A DNA stretch of 63,990 nt, counting the filler, from Reticulomyxa filosa (Eukaryota > Protista > Foraminifera), in assembly GCA_000512085.1 (NCBI GenBank). It is 23 parts of 23 records of this genome, joined end to end, with 100 filler letters (N's around TTAATTAATTAA, not from the genome) between each part and the next. Parts side by side here need not be neighbours in the genome. Positions count along the whole stretch, not along the records: positions 6,104 to 10,200 come from ASPP01024843.1; positions 10,301 to 12,643 come from ASPP01043428.1; positions 12,744 to 14,979 come from ASPP01040036.1; positions 15,080 to 16,119 come from ASPP01008966.1; positions 16,220 to 18,615 come from ASPP01047404.1; positions 18,716 to 23,192 come from ASPP01003446.1; 17 more parts are not named here. One strand, given 5' to 3'. The stretch's first letter is position 1; the number at the start of each line of letters is the position of its first letter. Under the pieces are notes generated by a model. It ran no database searches, had not been told where the DNA came from, and was given only the letters and a program-made list of their open reading frames with translations. Position numbers and translations under genes: made by a program. Below are positions 9,426-23,030 of the stretch, one piece after another.

Positions 9426-11735
9426 CAATGACCCTGCTCCAACTATATATTCCATAAAAAGCATCTTTTTTTTTTATGATCTTTGCTTTCGTAGGAGGTG
9501 ACAAACTGTTTTGTCATCCCTTCCTTTCCCTCCCCCCTCTTTTGGAATAACACATTTATTCGTTGCGTGTTCAGCAAGCTGAACTCGAGCATGTCTGATA
9601 CTTATTATCGTAAATTGCTTCGCTTGTCTAAAGCTCTCGGATCTGTCCAATCACACTACAGAATTTTGAACACTTTTTCTTTTTTTAATGATGCTTTTGG
9701 CTGAATTCACAACATTTGTTGTGCTAACAAAAGACACTTATTTTGATTGGAAAACATTTTTTGTTGCTATGATGTTGTATTATTACGTTTTGCACATTTC
9801 GCTCTTTTCTTTTAGTGTAGCGCTTTTGCCTTTTTTTTTCCCCAATTTTTATTTTGTTTTGTTTGTTTTTTTTTTTTTTGAGCCACAAAGAAATGCTTAA
9901 CGTTTCTTAAAACCAAGACCCATCCATTTAAAATTCAAAAAACGTTTTAAACTTTACTTCCGTTTATTAAGATGATGTTGTCTTTTTTACTGATGCTGAT
10001 TGTTTTTTAAGAGAATTTCTATAATTATTGTTTGTGTTTGGTCACATAAAAGGCAAATTAGTACTTCAATTTTTCTGTTTGTTTAAAAGGGACTCTTCCA
10101 GTTAATTGAAAGAAAATAAAAATGTTTTCTCTTTCCAAGAGCAGTGCCAACTTGGAGGGGGAGGAGCTCTTTCAAAAATAATAATACTGCATAATGCGAC
10201 NNNNNNNNNNNNNNNNNNNNNNNNNNNNNNNNNNNNNNNNNNNNTTAATTAATTAANNNNNNNNNNNNNNNNNNNNNNNNNNNNNNNNNNNNNNNNNNNN
10301 TTTGTTATCTCTAATTTTACAAATGGTCAAAGTGTTGATATTTGATGTTAAGTAATATATACATCAATGTACTTTATTTATCTTTCTCTCTCTCTATACT
10401 AGCATAAAGAGACATCTCACATTTGATAATTACAAAATATATAGCATGACATTTATTGTTCTTCAATACAAAATTGCTGCTGACACAAGCAGAAACGATA
10501 TGCACTTTTCCAACCAAGTGCAAATATATGTGAATATGATGATGCACACCAAAAACCAGAGTTGCGTATCGATGTATTAGAATCAAAGAAGGCCTGTTTG
10601 CATTCCTTGTTTGTGAGCATGCAATTGATATTATGGTCGATTATCTGCAAAAAAAAAAAAGAGGTCGCGCGTATTAGTATATATTGCCAACCAATATTCA
10701 AAAAAGTCAATACTTTGTCCAAGAACGAAAACGAAAAACACTTTGACATGAGCAGAAAGAGCTCAAGAAATGCTATTGCATTATTTTGGCATTATAGATG
10801 TTGGATAAACGATGAAAAGATCGCTCATTTGGCTACATGATACTCCACCTGCGAAAAATGATATAAAACTTGAGTATCGCTTTGAGAGTGCATGTAGATG
10901 CAACCAAATTCGGCGCCGTTCTAACTTCAAGTAAAAAAAAATAAAAAACCAATCGTTTGAATTAACGAAACAATACTCCAAGATGAATTTTTGTCGTCAT
11001 GTTTTGGCGATAATGAGCTCTTAACAAAACTTGGACTGGAAAAAGTTGGTACTGTCTTTTCGTTTTCACAACGTATTTTAATTTAAGATTGTTCCAATTC
11101 TTCACTTGATATCTTTACTATTTCGATTCCAAATTCAAATTTTAAAATATTAAAATAGGGAAATCTGTTGTTATCACATCAAATCAATAAACAATTCTCT
11201 TTAGATATTGCTAACTCTATAATTCACCTTAAGCAATCTAATTTATAACAGAGAAAAGAATAAAACAATATTTTATGGTTTTTCCTCAAGTAAGTTATGA
11301 CACTGCATTATCAAATATTTGGAGTGTATTATTTTATGTACACATTATCGGCCATATCAAAAATTTAAATTCATATTCCACATCAAGTTCTAAACTGAAG
11401 TGTTTTTAGAATTGATAATAGAATAAGAAGAAGGTACAAGTAAATGGTATCTAATAAAGATAATTCATTTGTTAATAAAACTTGTAATTATTCTCTTTTC
11501 ATTATTGAAATAAAATAGCGCTTTGTTGTTTTTTTTTCCCACACACAATTCATAATAAACAGTTATTTGTTGAAGACGATCAAAAAAAAAAAAATAATGA
11601 CAAATTTCACAAATACAAAAAGAAAGCATAAGTACTAATCTTTTTCCAAAAATTTAAAAATATAATTGTTGAATAAGAATACTTTATACAAATAACAAAA
11701 TCAGTACAAAAATTACGAATTCAACAGCACAACCA

Positions 11736-12643
11736 TCAAAAGTGCTTATAAATATTAGTAATAGCATAAGAAATCAAGGAAACAGAAATTATCCACAAGG
11801 AACATAACATAGGAGCAAGTTCCCGATTTTGTGCACATATAACACACACTCCGAAAATGATTACGATGATAATGAAAGCAAAAATGCTAAAACATATGAT
11901 TGCAACTACTGACTGTCTGTAATTGTACTTATCGCTGAACTCAGCAAGAGAAAGTGACAATATACAAATTTCGCAGCTAAGAAAACAAATGACTTCATTC
12001 AAGTCTTCCTGATCATTAACTTGGAGGTAGTCGACATTGGTTTGCGCTTGATCTCTGTGAGTCGGAGTGTTATATTCAAATACAGGGATACTGGGCTCCC
12101 TTTCTAATAAGGAGGAAGTTTGATTGCTCGATTGCAAAGAATTGGATGAAAAGAATGGATTGATTTTAGACAAGCTGTAAGTAGTTATAACATTGCTTCC
12201 ACTTATTTCGGAAATTGGTGAGTTCAACTTTATATTCAAGGTGTATCCTTGCACGTGGTCCCAGTGTTCGATAATACTTAGAGCCGGATTATCGTCTCTC
12301 TGTTGCACAGCAACTCGCAAAGGGATGTTTATATTGGAGCAAATACAAATATTGATTGCGACGTACACCATCGGTAATCCAATCAGGAAAAAACATAAAA
12401 TTGGTAATAATCAGGACCGCTGTGAAAATCAAGAAGCTACGAAAGTCATTCAATTTCATGTAAAAGTTGCACGAGCAGCTGCAAGCAATAGATTGATTGA
12501 AACCATACGAGGCTTTGTCCCAGCCATTGGTATGTAGCTGTCATTGGAGTACGTAACCAAAGCTCAAAGATATAGCGGCAACACTGCCAACTAAGATTTG
12601 CAAGAAGGCAACCATCCAACTGCTATAGATACATATAAACCTG
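11736..12643 (-). pseudogene. Multi-pass membrane protein, disrupted and 5'-partial
   Basis: Hydrophobic segments in ORF 11736..12371. The upstream reading continues to the contig end in another frame, with an in-frame TGA at 12541-12543. Confidence 0.4.
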
Positions 12644-13988
12644 NNNNNNNNNNNNNNNNNNNNNNNNNNNNNNNNNNNNNNNNNNNNTTAATTAATTAAN
12701 NNNNNNNNNNNNNNNNNNNNNNNNNNNNNNNNNNNNNNNNNNNAAAAAAAAATAACTTTCAAATTTTGTTCAAAAATTACTACATTTTTTATTTTTTAAA
12801 ATTATTTTAACTGCAAATTATAATTTATGTTTCCACATAAATACACTTTTGTTGCTTTGACGAACTTTTTTCTCCCCCTTCATGCTTGTTGCATGATAAT
12901 CTTTATACAATAAAGAAGGTAAGTGCTAACGCTTTATTCAATTGTATGCTTATCTTGCTGTTTGTCCAGCTAACGTGGCCTGACAAGCTGTCAGCGTCAG
13001 TACCCTATCTCTCGTATTGTAGGCTCTTGGTGCTCAATGTAGTGCTTTTTCTTAAGACAATTTTCGATGGAGATACTCATCACAACATCATGCCCATGCC
13101 CAATGGACGTCTTTGGCCTATTGACTACGGCCAGTTGAAGCATTTTTTCAAGGAAGAACTCGCTCACTTGGGCAAACCGATCGCAACTCGAAATGTATTG
13201 TCGAAATGGAATTTCAATCCCCAAAAACATGGACCATTACTTCAGCAAAGTCATGACCACAATTGGAGATGGTCGATTGAATAATGATATTTGGAAAGAT
13301 GTCGAGAATCAAAGTTCGGAGAATTTTTTCTTGATTTAAAGAACAGTGAGACAACGACAAATACATTTACAAGAGATTGAAGTTGTACAGGTATCTTTTT
13401 TTGGAGGGATTTCTCATCTTGTTTACTTGTCTACAAATCGAAATGCAACCAATCAATATTCTTAGATAATCTTTTCTCACCGAATCAAAAAAAAGTGTAA
13501 AACGATTGCGATATACATAATACACAAACACATGCACAGATATAAATTCGATGATATGAAAGACAGTGGAATGGTAAGTGAGCATTTTTGCACATGGATG
13601 CTCCGAACATTTTGCTCTTTTTTTTTTTGTGGAAATTGTTAAAACATTTACTATAGCATCTGTTTCATTTTTTTTTGAAGATTATGCCTTTTTTTAGTGT
13701 ATGTGCATTTGTCTTTTTCTATTAAAAATTCCTTTCACTTAACCAAACTTTTTCTGCATTAAATTAATGATGAACACACAAAACAAACTCCACCAAATTG
13801 CATTTTCCAATGAATTCGGCATTTCTATAAATCGTTTGTCACCAATTTAAAATTTTACGAATACATTCGTTTATCACAAACTTTTTTGTTCTTATCTTAA
13901 AGTGGCTTTGTTGCTCGTTTGGTGTCAAGTAGAAGTGGAGGGGGGAAAAACGTAGGAGAAAATATTCGTTAGTTATTCACACAACAAC

Positions 13989-14947
13989 ATGAAATCGTCG
14001 TTGGTGTTGGTGGTACTGCATGTATTAAATGGATTGGTAGTGCTAAATGCAAATAAGACAAATACAAGCAGTTGCAGCTGGGCTAGTGGACAAACACACT
14101 TTAACCAACATGGCAATATGAATATATTGTTGATATCACGTGATATGTTTCTCAAGCACTCGGCCAATTACATATGGAAGTTGGAAATGTGGAAGTATGA
14201 TCAAAGTCTACAAATCTACAACAACGTGGCAAGTGCATCCTCATTACAAATTTCCGACATTGAGTCGATGCCATCAGAAAACGAAATTATACGTGTTCTC
14301 CAAAGCAACTTTGTTACAAGTTCAAATCAGTCCAAGAGCAATTTTAACACAAAACTATTGATCATTAATACGTGCACATTCACCAACAAATTCACATTTA
14401 AACAGGCAGCATTCAGGTACATAATAATGATAGGACGAATAAAAAAAAAAATGATCATGAAAAAAAAAAAAGAGGATTACGTATATCAAGAGATAGGAAG
14501 TGGAGAGTGTTGATTGTGTGTATTGTGTATGTATTTTATTTTAAAAGAGTCTTTTTTAAAAAAAACAAAAATAACAGATTGTTAAAAAATTGCAAAGTGG
14601 TGTTAATGATAAGCACGCCATCGTTCAATAGATCGTGCAACATCGAGAATCGAGTATGGATTGGAAACGTTGTCTGTGATGGGACAACAAACAAGAAGAC
14701 AGCCACCAACATTACCTGCAGCCACGACAGATTTATTTTCAAAGTCTTGCTGTCCAATTCAAGCGAGTTCCAATATCAAAATTGCTCAAAGCCCAACTTC
14801 ACATCCAAATCACATTGTTCAACTTCGCCAGTTGTTTTGTCCAATGCTGCAATGTTAAGTCCTTTTTCTACTTTTTTTTGTTTAAAAAACAAGCAAACAA
14901 ACAAAAAAAATAAATTAGATTGTGCGACCACGCATTGCCGTTGCTAA
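13989..14947 (+). CDS. Putative secreted/surface Cys- and Asn-rich protein (multi-exon, 3'-partial)
   Basis: Signal-peptide-like start MKSSLVLVVLHVLNGLVVLNA, many NxS/T sites, and a likely GT..AG intron at ~14417-14578. Confidence 0.45.
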
Positions 14948-15079
14948 ATGGAAAATGGAATGACAATGCATACTCGGAANNNNNNNNNNNNNNNNNNNNN
15001 NNNNNNNNNNNNNNNNNNNNNNNTTAATTAATTAANNNNNNNNNNNNNNNNNNNNNNNNNNNNNNNNNNNNNNNNNNNN

Positions 15080-16119
15080 CAGCCATTACGTGACGCCCAA
15101 GCCGACGTTGCAGAAGGCGATCGAGCAGATAAAAATCGACCTCAAGCAGCGGCTGGAGGAATTCAACCGCGCCGGCCGCCTTCTCGAAGCGCAGCGGCTC
15201 GAGCAACGCACGCTGTTCGACATCGAGATGATGGAAACCACCGGCGCCTGTGCCGGCATCGAGAACTATTCGCGCTACCTCACCGGCCGCAAGCCCGGCG
15301 AACCGCCCCCCACCCTGTTCGAGTACTTCCCGCAGAACTCGCTGCTGATCTGCGACGAGAGCCACGTCACCGTGCCGCAGATCGGCGGCATGTTCCGCGG
15401 CGACTTCAACCGCAAGAGCGTGCTGGCCGAGTTCGGCTTCCGCCTGCCCTCGGCGATCGACAACCGACCGCTCAAGTTCGAGGAATGGGAAGCGCTGCGA
15501 CCGCAGACGACCTATGTCAGCGCCACACCCGGCGACTGGGAGATGGAGCGTACGCAGGGCATCTTCATCGAGCAGGTCATCCGGCCGACCGGCCTGATCG
15601 ATCCGACCGTCCTGATCCGCCCCGTGGAGAAGCAGGTCGACGACCTGATCGCCGAGTGCAAGGACTGCGCGAAGAAGGGCCAGCGCGTGCTGGTCACCGT
15701 GCTCACCAAACGCATGGCCGAGGACCTGGTCGAGTACATGCACGAGGCCGGCATCCGCTGCCGCTACCTGCATTCCGACATCGACACGCTGGAGCGCATC
15801 GAGATCATCCGCGACCTGCGGCTGGGTGCCTTCGATGTTCTGGTCGGCATCAACCTGCTGCGCGAGGGTCTCGACATTCCCGAATGCGCGCTGGTGGCCA
15901 TCCTCGATGCCGACAAGGAGGGCTTCCTGCGCTCGCCGACCTCGCTGGTGCAGACGATCGGCCGCGCCGCACGCAACGTCGAGGGCCGGGTCATCCTCTA
16001 TGCCGACAAGATGACGGACTCGATCAAGTACGCGATGGCCGAGACCGATCGCCGTCGCGCCAAGCAGACAGCCTACAACGAGGAGCACGGCATCACGCCT
16101 GCGTCGGTGAAGCGCAACA
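15080..16119 (+). CDS. uvrB: Excinuclease ABC subunit B, internal fragment (bacterial contig)
   Basis: Canonical UvrB motifs [88 protein letters not shown] and QTIGRAARN. High GC, no introns. Confidence 0.98.
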
Positions 16120-16219
16120 NNNNNNNNNNNNNNNNNNNNNNNNNNNNNNNNNNNNNNNNNNNNTTAATTAATTAANNNNNNNNNNNNNNNNNNNNNNNNN
16201 NNNNNNNNNNNNNNNNNNN

Positions 16220-17996
16220 TATGAACACACGTGTAAATTGTCGGATTTGTGTGCAGTGTTCATTGCACAAAGTGTAAATAAATGTTATATCGCAAATAAC
16301 CAAAATATCGTAAAGGAACCATTGATATTTGTATCATATTTTTTTTGTTGGTTATTTCATAAGACTTGTTATATTGGCCCCGGTAAATCGCAATTCCACT
16401 CACTCTTTGATACTTTGCCATCCCGTGTATAGTTGCAGTGCCAGCTAAATTCCATTTGAACTGCCCCTACTGTTTTTGTTGAAGATAATCATCCGCAGAG
16501 ACTTGTTCACTATCAACGTATGCATAGACAAGTCTTTCCAATGATTCAGGTGCCACTACTTTGATATTGCCACAGTCGTCCAGCAGTTCCATTGGGGTGA
16601 GCTATGGAAGTTCGTCCATATATGACAACGCGCAAAATCGCCATCGTGTTTATAACAAGCAATTCCATAATCAAACGTAGCAAAACCTACAAACTTTTTT
16701 AAAAAAAAACAAAAACAAATCCAACATGGTATAGCCCCCTGACTCCTGGAATATCCTTTCTTTGCTTCTTCATCTCCCTTTTGCCAGCGATCTTGGCTTT
16801 GTTTCGTATAATCCCTCAACCAAATTGGGCCACTCGCACATAGCGATTCTTCGAACGTCGTGATTTGCTCGCCCACTAATGTTAACATTTCTAACAACGT
16901 TATCGTCATCGTATTCATTATCTTCTACTCTTTCGATCCAAAGTAATTAGAGCGATTCTGCAACAATCCACTGTTTGAGCCCGTGAATGATGTCTGCATC
17001 TTGGATGTACCTGTCGTCGTTGTTATTGTTGTTGAAAGGTGATAGCGAACGTCCAACAACATTTTCAACAAAAATCCACTTCCAATCACCTCCATTGCAC
17101 ACGAACTCAACGAAATCACTTGAAAGGGCCACGCTTTTCCCGTTACGCAAGATATCAGTTACGTACCACAAAATGCTACCAACCACAGTTTTTGCTTTAT
17201 TGTTCAAATCTGTCTCTATATAAACAAGTATCAATTATTGTTTTTTTATTTCAATAAAAAAAATCTTGAGTTGTGAGTAGATATGAACGCACGTGTAAAT
17301 TGTCGGATTTGTTTGCAGTGTTCATTGCATAAATCATAAATGATTTGAGATCTCAAATAATTAAAATATCGTAAGGTTTATATCCTTTTTTTGTTGGTTA
17401 TTTCATAAGACTTGTTATACTTGGCTGCGGTAAATCGCAATTCCACTCCCTCTTTGATGATGTACCATCACATGTAGAGTTGCAGTGCCAGACCAAATTT
17501 CATTTGAACTGCCCCTACTGTTTTTATTGAATGATAATCATCCGCAGAGACTTGTCTACGCATACGTTGATGGCAAACAAATCTTTCCAATCATTTAGGT
17601 TGGCACTGCCTTGATATCGCCACACTCGTCTAGCAGTTCCATTGGGGCGCTATGGAAAGTTCGTCAATATCTTAGAACACGCAAAATCGCCACTCGTGTT
17701 CATAAAGAGCCATTCCATAATCAAACGTAGCAAAGCCTAGAAACGTTTTTTTTTTATAAAAAAAAAAAAATAAATCCATCGAAGTATAGCTACCAGGACT
17801 CTTGGTATCCCCTTTCTTTGCTTCTTCCTCTACTTTTTGCCTGTGATCTTGGCTTCGTTTTGAATAATTCCTCGATCAAATTGGGCCACTCGCACATAAC
17901 GATTCTGCGAACGTCGTAATTTGCTCGCTCACTAGTGCAACATTTCTAACAGTGTGCTCGTCATCTTATTCATTATCTTCTACTCTTTCGATCCAT
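16220..17996. repeat. Diverged tandem segmental duplication (copy 1 ~16220-16940, copy 2 ~17282-17996) of a degenerate minus-strand gene
   Basis: Aligned anchors TATGAAC.CACGTGTAAATTGTCGGATTTGT at 16220 and 17282, and TTCTACTCTTTCGATCCA at ~16923 and ~17978. Period is ~1.06 kb, and both copies carry stops and frameshifts. Confidence 0.9.
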
Positions 17997-18715
17997 CCAA
18001 TCGCTGCCGCCGTAATGTTAATATCATTACCACTTTGCGCAAGATCATAACGTATTCATTTTCTTTTATCTTGGCAAGCTTGATTTGTGATCATGTGGCA
18101 CCAAGATCCAATTTTTCCGGGATTAATTTGATATAGCTTATCCAATTATTCCAACTATATCACAATGTATTTTTTCCAAATATGAAGCCATCAGCTCTAG
18201 TCGCCTTTGTTATGAAGAACATCTTGGCATTGTCAAATGAATAGATATCATTGATTTGAATATTTCCAATAACGATCTTATTTATTTGCCAGCAAAGTCT
18301 TGGCCAATCAAACATAATGCAACTTATTCCATCCAAGCTAGCCACTTCAATCAAATCTTTATTTGTTGTGGCAGCGATAAGATAGCGCTTATCCAGCGCT
18401 TTTGCGGGATATTCTCCCATTTTTCTTTTTCCATTTCCCCCCTTTTTTTTCCTTTTCCTTTTTTTCTATTTTTATTCTTTTTTTTTCCATTGTTATCTTT
18501 TTTTTTTCCATTGCAATCTTTTTTTATTTTTTTCTAATTGCCATCTTTTTTTTTTTCCCATTTTCAAATCTTTTTTTTCATTTTTATTTTCTCATTATCT
18601 ATTTTTTCTTTTTCTNNNNNNNNNNNNNNNNNNNNNNNNNNNNNNNNNNNNNNNNNNNNTTAATTAATTAANNNNNNNNNNNNNNNNNNNNNNNNNNNNN
18701 NNNNNNNNNNNNNNN

Positions 18716-19134
18716 TTAACGATGATATCATTGCCAATATCGCCAATTTGCTTAAGTCCACACAACAGCAAGCCGATTTTGTTGGCTCTTTGGTCACTGA
18801 AACCAATCCCGATCGGCCCACAGAATGGATCAAACAACAAAACAGTTTTGTTTGTTTTGTTTTTTTTCCTAAGCAAATATGTGTATATTCATATTTTTTG
18901 TTTTTGTTTACAGATGATGGTTATGATAATATCGCCCAACTGCTGAAAGACACTCTTAACAACAATTGGCAAACTTATTTAGCTAATTTTAAAAAAGATG
19001 GTTTTGATGATGAGATCTTGCTATTGCTTATTAGTGAAGATGATCTCATTGAAGTACTGCCAAATGACGTGGATCGTAATATCTTTTTCCAATATGCTAT
19101 GCGATGGAAACAATCGAAATCACTACATGTATAA
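18716..19134 (+). CDS. C-terminal fragment with a SAM-like domain
   Basis: WQTYLANFKKDGFDDEILLLLISEDDLIEVLP resembles the SAM core (Y...F....D...LL.L..EDL). Probable 69-nt in-frame intron at 18845-18913. Confidence 0.5.
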
Positions 19135-19779
19135 TAAGTACACATTGTGTACATTTTTCTTATTTCGAAGAAAATAAGAGCATTTAAATTTCAAGGTCTA
19201 TTATCATTGTTTGAAAAAGGATGTCTTTATCATTTTGAAAATTGTAAAACACAAAAGATATTATTGCTTCCAACAATATATTTCACGTTATATCTTCATA
19301 TAAAGAAATTTTTTGTTGATACAGTTTTATTTTAATAAATTGATTTTCAATAAAAATAATAAAAGAAGATGATTTACTTTATGTGAAATTTTTTTCTTTA
19401 AAAATAATGAAAAAAGAAAAGCCGCATTGTTATCACATCGATGCTATTTTTGCATTATTGTTTGATCTGATTTGCTATATTTATATCGCATGCTATAATA
19501 GTTTTTCTTATTTCGGAATTTCTCAAAATCCAGATTTTTTAATAATATTAATCATTATTTTTTTAAATTGCATCATATGATCTTTAACTCTGATAGCGCC
19601 ATGACTAGTTTGTGATCCTTATTGCATTATTTTATTTAGAAGAAAATAAAATTGTGAAAATTTTGATTGGGAGGAGTACGGTTGTGTTTTTGTACATCAA
19701 AAATGAAGTAGCTACAAGAAGTTGATATCGAGCTTAAAGTCAAGATAAAGTCCAAATTAAAAAAAAAGATCAATTATGA

Positions 19780-20563
19780 TCAATTTTTAATTTCTCCACA
19801 ATCTGTGATTTCCACAACCGCTGTTGGTTTTCCTGCTTTTGTTCCTTTTTTTTCCAGTTCTTCGATAATGTTCTTACCGTCCGTTACATGTCCGAAAACA
19901 GTGTGTTTTCCATCCAACCTTTAAAAAAAAAAGGGAGGGACAAAATTCAAAAATAAAATAAGCACCTTATATGCACCATACATACAAAAGAAATACCATG
20001 AGCATGGCACAAATGTGATAAAAAATTGGGAGCCATTTGTGTTGGGACCAGCATTTGCCATGGACAGCAAGCCAGCTTCTTTGTGTTTCAAAGTAAAGTT
20101 TTCATCTTCAAATTTTTCTCCGTAGATTGACTTTCCGCCAGTTCCATTCCCGCGTGTAAAATCTCCTCCTTGGGCCATAAAGTCTGGAATGATGCGATGA
20201 AACTTAGACCCTTTATATCCGAATCCTTGTTGATGAGTGCACAACTGTCGGAAATTCTCTGCTGTCCTTGGTGCTACGTCTTTTCTCAACTTGTTGAGCC
20301 CCCCAAAGCGTATTTCATACATAACATATTATCCACAATTTCAAGAAATTTCTTGCTTTTCTTTTCAATTAAAAAAAATTTTGTCCTTTGTATAATACCT
20401 CAAAAATGACTCGGCCTCGTGGTTTTCCGTCAACCGAAATATCAAAAAATACTCTCGGGTTCGGTAATTTCGAACCCGCTGCTCCACCAAAGCTGAAATA
20501 GCTAAAATAGTTGACCGAATTGAACGATGCGGCACTTCTTCTTGATAGATAAGAATACATCAT
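19780..20563 (-). CDS. Cyclophilin-type peptidyl-prolyl isomerase, probably mitochondrial (CypD-like); 3 exons
   Basis: Motifs [70 protein letters not shown] and [10 protein letters not shown]. Exons 20563-20399, 20289-19997 and 19918-19780 with GT/AG introns. R/S/F-rich N-terminal extension lacking acidic residues. Confidence 0.95.
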
Positions 20564-21317
20564 ATCTGTTGATTATTAGTTTGTTGTAAGGTGGTTACCA
20601 CCCTTGTAGAAAAACTAGGCCAAACAATCGGAAGAAGCCAAATTAAACGGGCATGATTTACAAGTGAGATACTTGTTTTTTCTAAAATAAAATTGGTAGC
20701 ATAGTAAAAAAATAAAAGACTCCAATAAGACTTTAATTGAAAATTTTGTTACAAAACAGGTAACAATAATGCAAAATTGGTTGGGTTTGACAGGAGAAGG
20801 GAAAGGAGACAGAAGACGAAGACGGACTAAGAACAGGAAAAAACAAACAAGCAAACTCCCCACAGCCTTAGTTTCAAATCAAAGCGACATATGCACTGAG
20901 CCAAAGAATCATTGGACAAGGCAGTGAGAGAAAGCATCAAACAAACAAAAACAAAAAAAAAAGAAGAATGACTCTCTCTCTCTCATAATCAATTCATCTC
21001 ATTTCTTGCCCAACTCCGCAATCGTTATTAGATGTTGTGATCATTCGATGGTATGTTTTGACCTTACAAAAAAAATAATAATAAAATCAAAATAGAGTTC
21101 AGTAATCACTACTTCTAAAGTGTAAAAAAAGATTCCAATTACCCAAGCAATTTTTTTCTACGTTTTAGTTGCCTTTCCCTTCATTTCTGTTGGTCGCTTT
21201 GTTGTATTTTTTCGGTTTCTTTTGAGCAGAGGGATTCATGCCACATGCATCTGGATCATGGTTGGTAACCGTGCAATACTCACACAATCGATTCACATTC
21301 GCCGTCGACTAAGTTTG

Positions 21318-22319
21318 TCAGACAAACAAACAAAAAATAAACATATACATATATATATATGTATATATATGTATTATGTATATGATAAGAAATACATCGA
21401 AAACAGGAGTGGAAAACGTCTTTTGATAATCAACAGAAGCCACGTTGGAATTAAGGTCGTTTCTGTTGGTTGGCAAGTTTGGGTTCTTCCTTTGATTTGG
21501 AGCGTGTTTAGTTTGAGTGTATTGGTGGTCTTGGCTCCACGGGTCACTTGGCAAGAGTTTGGAGGCCGCGTGTTGGTTTTTTTGTAAGCCGGAAGATGCG
21601 GCGGACAGCCAAGAATGCGAAGTCTGGGCGGGTTGTGTGGGCTGTGGTCCACTGGTCAAAGTTTTGTTTGTTGTGGACGGATACGAAGAAGAAGAAGAGG
21701 AAGGGAAAGGAAGATCCGACGGTTTGAATTGGGTTGTTGTTGTTGCTGTTGTTGCCGTTGTTGTTGTTGTTATTGTTGTTGCTGTTGGTGTTATTGCTGT
21801 CGTTGTGGTCATTGGATTTTGGCTCGTACTTGTAGTTGTCTCGTTGACTATGTCATAAGCATTGTGGAGAGGAGTGGGGTTCGTCGTGGTTGTGTTATTG
21901 GCATCTATTTTATTTGTTTATATGTAAAAAAAAAAAAAAAAAAAAACGGGAGCAAGAATACACACACACACAAAAAGGACAAACACAGACTGTTGCTACA
22001 CGTACCTCCAGTATATTCGACGCTAATGTAAAGCGGCTGGGCAATAGCGGCATCTTGATCGGTGGGATAGCCGATGACAAGGGTCGGAGAAATGTTGAAC
22101 TTGGCTTGCAGATGCTGTCGCAGCTGCTCGGCACGTTCCGGGAACAGCACGGCTTGATCTTGCGGCTGGATATAGAGCAAGAAGCTGTTGGCAGTTTGGA
22201 CCAAGTTGGTCAGGACAGTCCGTTGCATTGATGCATGCGACGTCGGCACGGCATGTGCGTTTGCCGATGCGTTTGTCGAATTGATAGATGATTGCAATGT
22301 TTGTTGTTGTTGTTGCTGT

Positions 22320-22350
<31 letters not shown>

Positions 22351-23030
22351 TGTTGCTGTTGCTGTTGTTGTTGAACGAGAAGACTTTGTTCAACAAACTG
22401 CTTCCATTGCTGATATTGCTGAGTGTAGGTTTGAAGTTCGTTTTCGATTTGCGCCTTGGTCGCCGCGAGCTGTTGGACTTCTTCTTGCCGTAGCAGTCGG
22501 TCGGGCTTATGGATTTGCGAATGGACCGTTTGCAATTGCTGCTCCAAGTACTTGATATGCAGCTCCAGCTGTTGCAGTTGCTGTTGGAATATGCCCAACA
22601 TTGGCGTTGCCATCGTTGTTGTTGTTGTTGTTGTTATTGGCAATCCACTACTGACAACAGTTTGTGCAGGCGCAAGAACAATAGGTGCATTTGAAATTGC
22701 GCTTGTTGCTGCGGTCAAGTCTGTCGTGTTATTTGTGTTGTATATGCCAGTAGCAGTAGTAGTAGTAGGCTCCATGGGACTTGTGGTGAAACTCGGTTCA
22801 AATCCCAAACTAGCACTCTGCTGGTCGGCAGGATTGGTATCGGCAACGACGTAGGAGAACGGTGGCATGGCATCTGCAGCTGTCACTGTCTCGTCGTTTG
22901 CGGAATGCAATTGACTCGTTTGTGTCGTTATCCCTACGGTGCTCGCGCCGGGCTCCGTGTTTTTTGTCCCGTTGGCTTGAAAGTCTGTCGAAGGATATGC
23001 AGTCTCTGTTGTGCCTATCCCTGTTGACAT
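21318..23030 (-). CDS. Low-complexity Q/T-rich multi-exon protein with a coiled coil
   Basis: Overlapping minus-strand ORFs with poly-Q and poly-T tracts, heptad stretch QQQLQQLELHIKYLEQQLQ, intron-like T/TA-rich gaps (~21905-22000, ~21320-21410) and a frameshift near the CAA repeat at ~22300-22370. Confidence 0.5.

Noticed and set aside
15024-16171. Long antisense and alternative-frame ORFs over uvrB
   Set aside because: Shadow ORFs typical of GC-rich coding DNA.
18256-18615. Phe-rich ORFs here and in other T-rich tracts
   Set aside because: Products of poly-T low-complexity intronic or intergenic DNA.
21517-22854. Poly-Cys, poly-Leu and poly-Val ORFs on the plus strand
   Set aside because: Antisense readings of CAA/ACA repeats in the minus-strand Q/T-rich gene.
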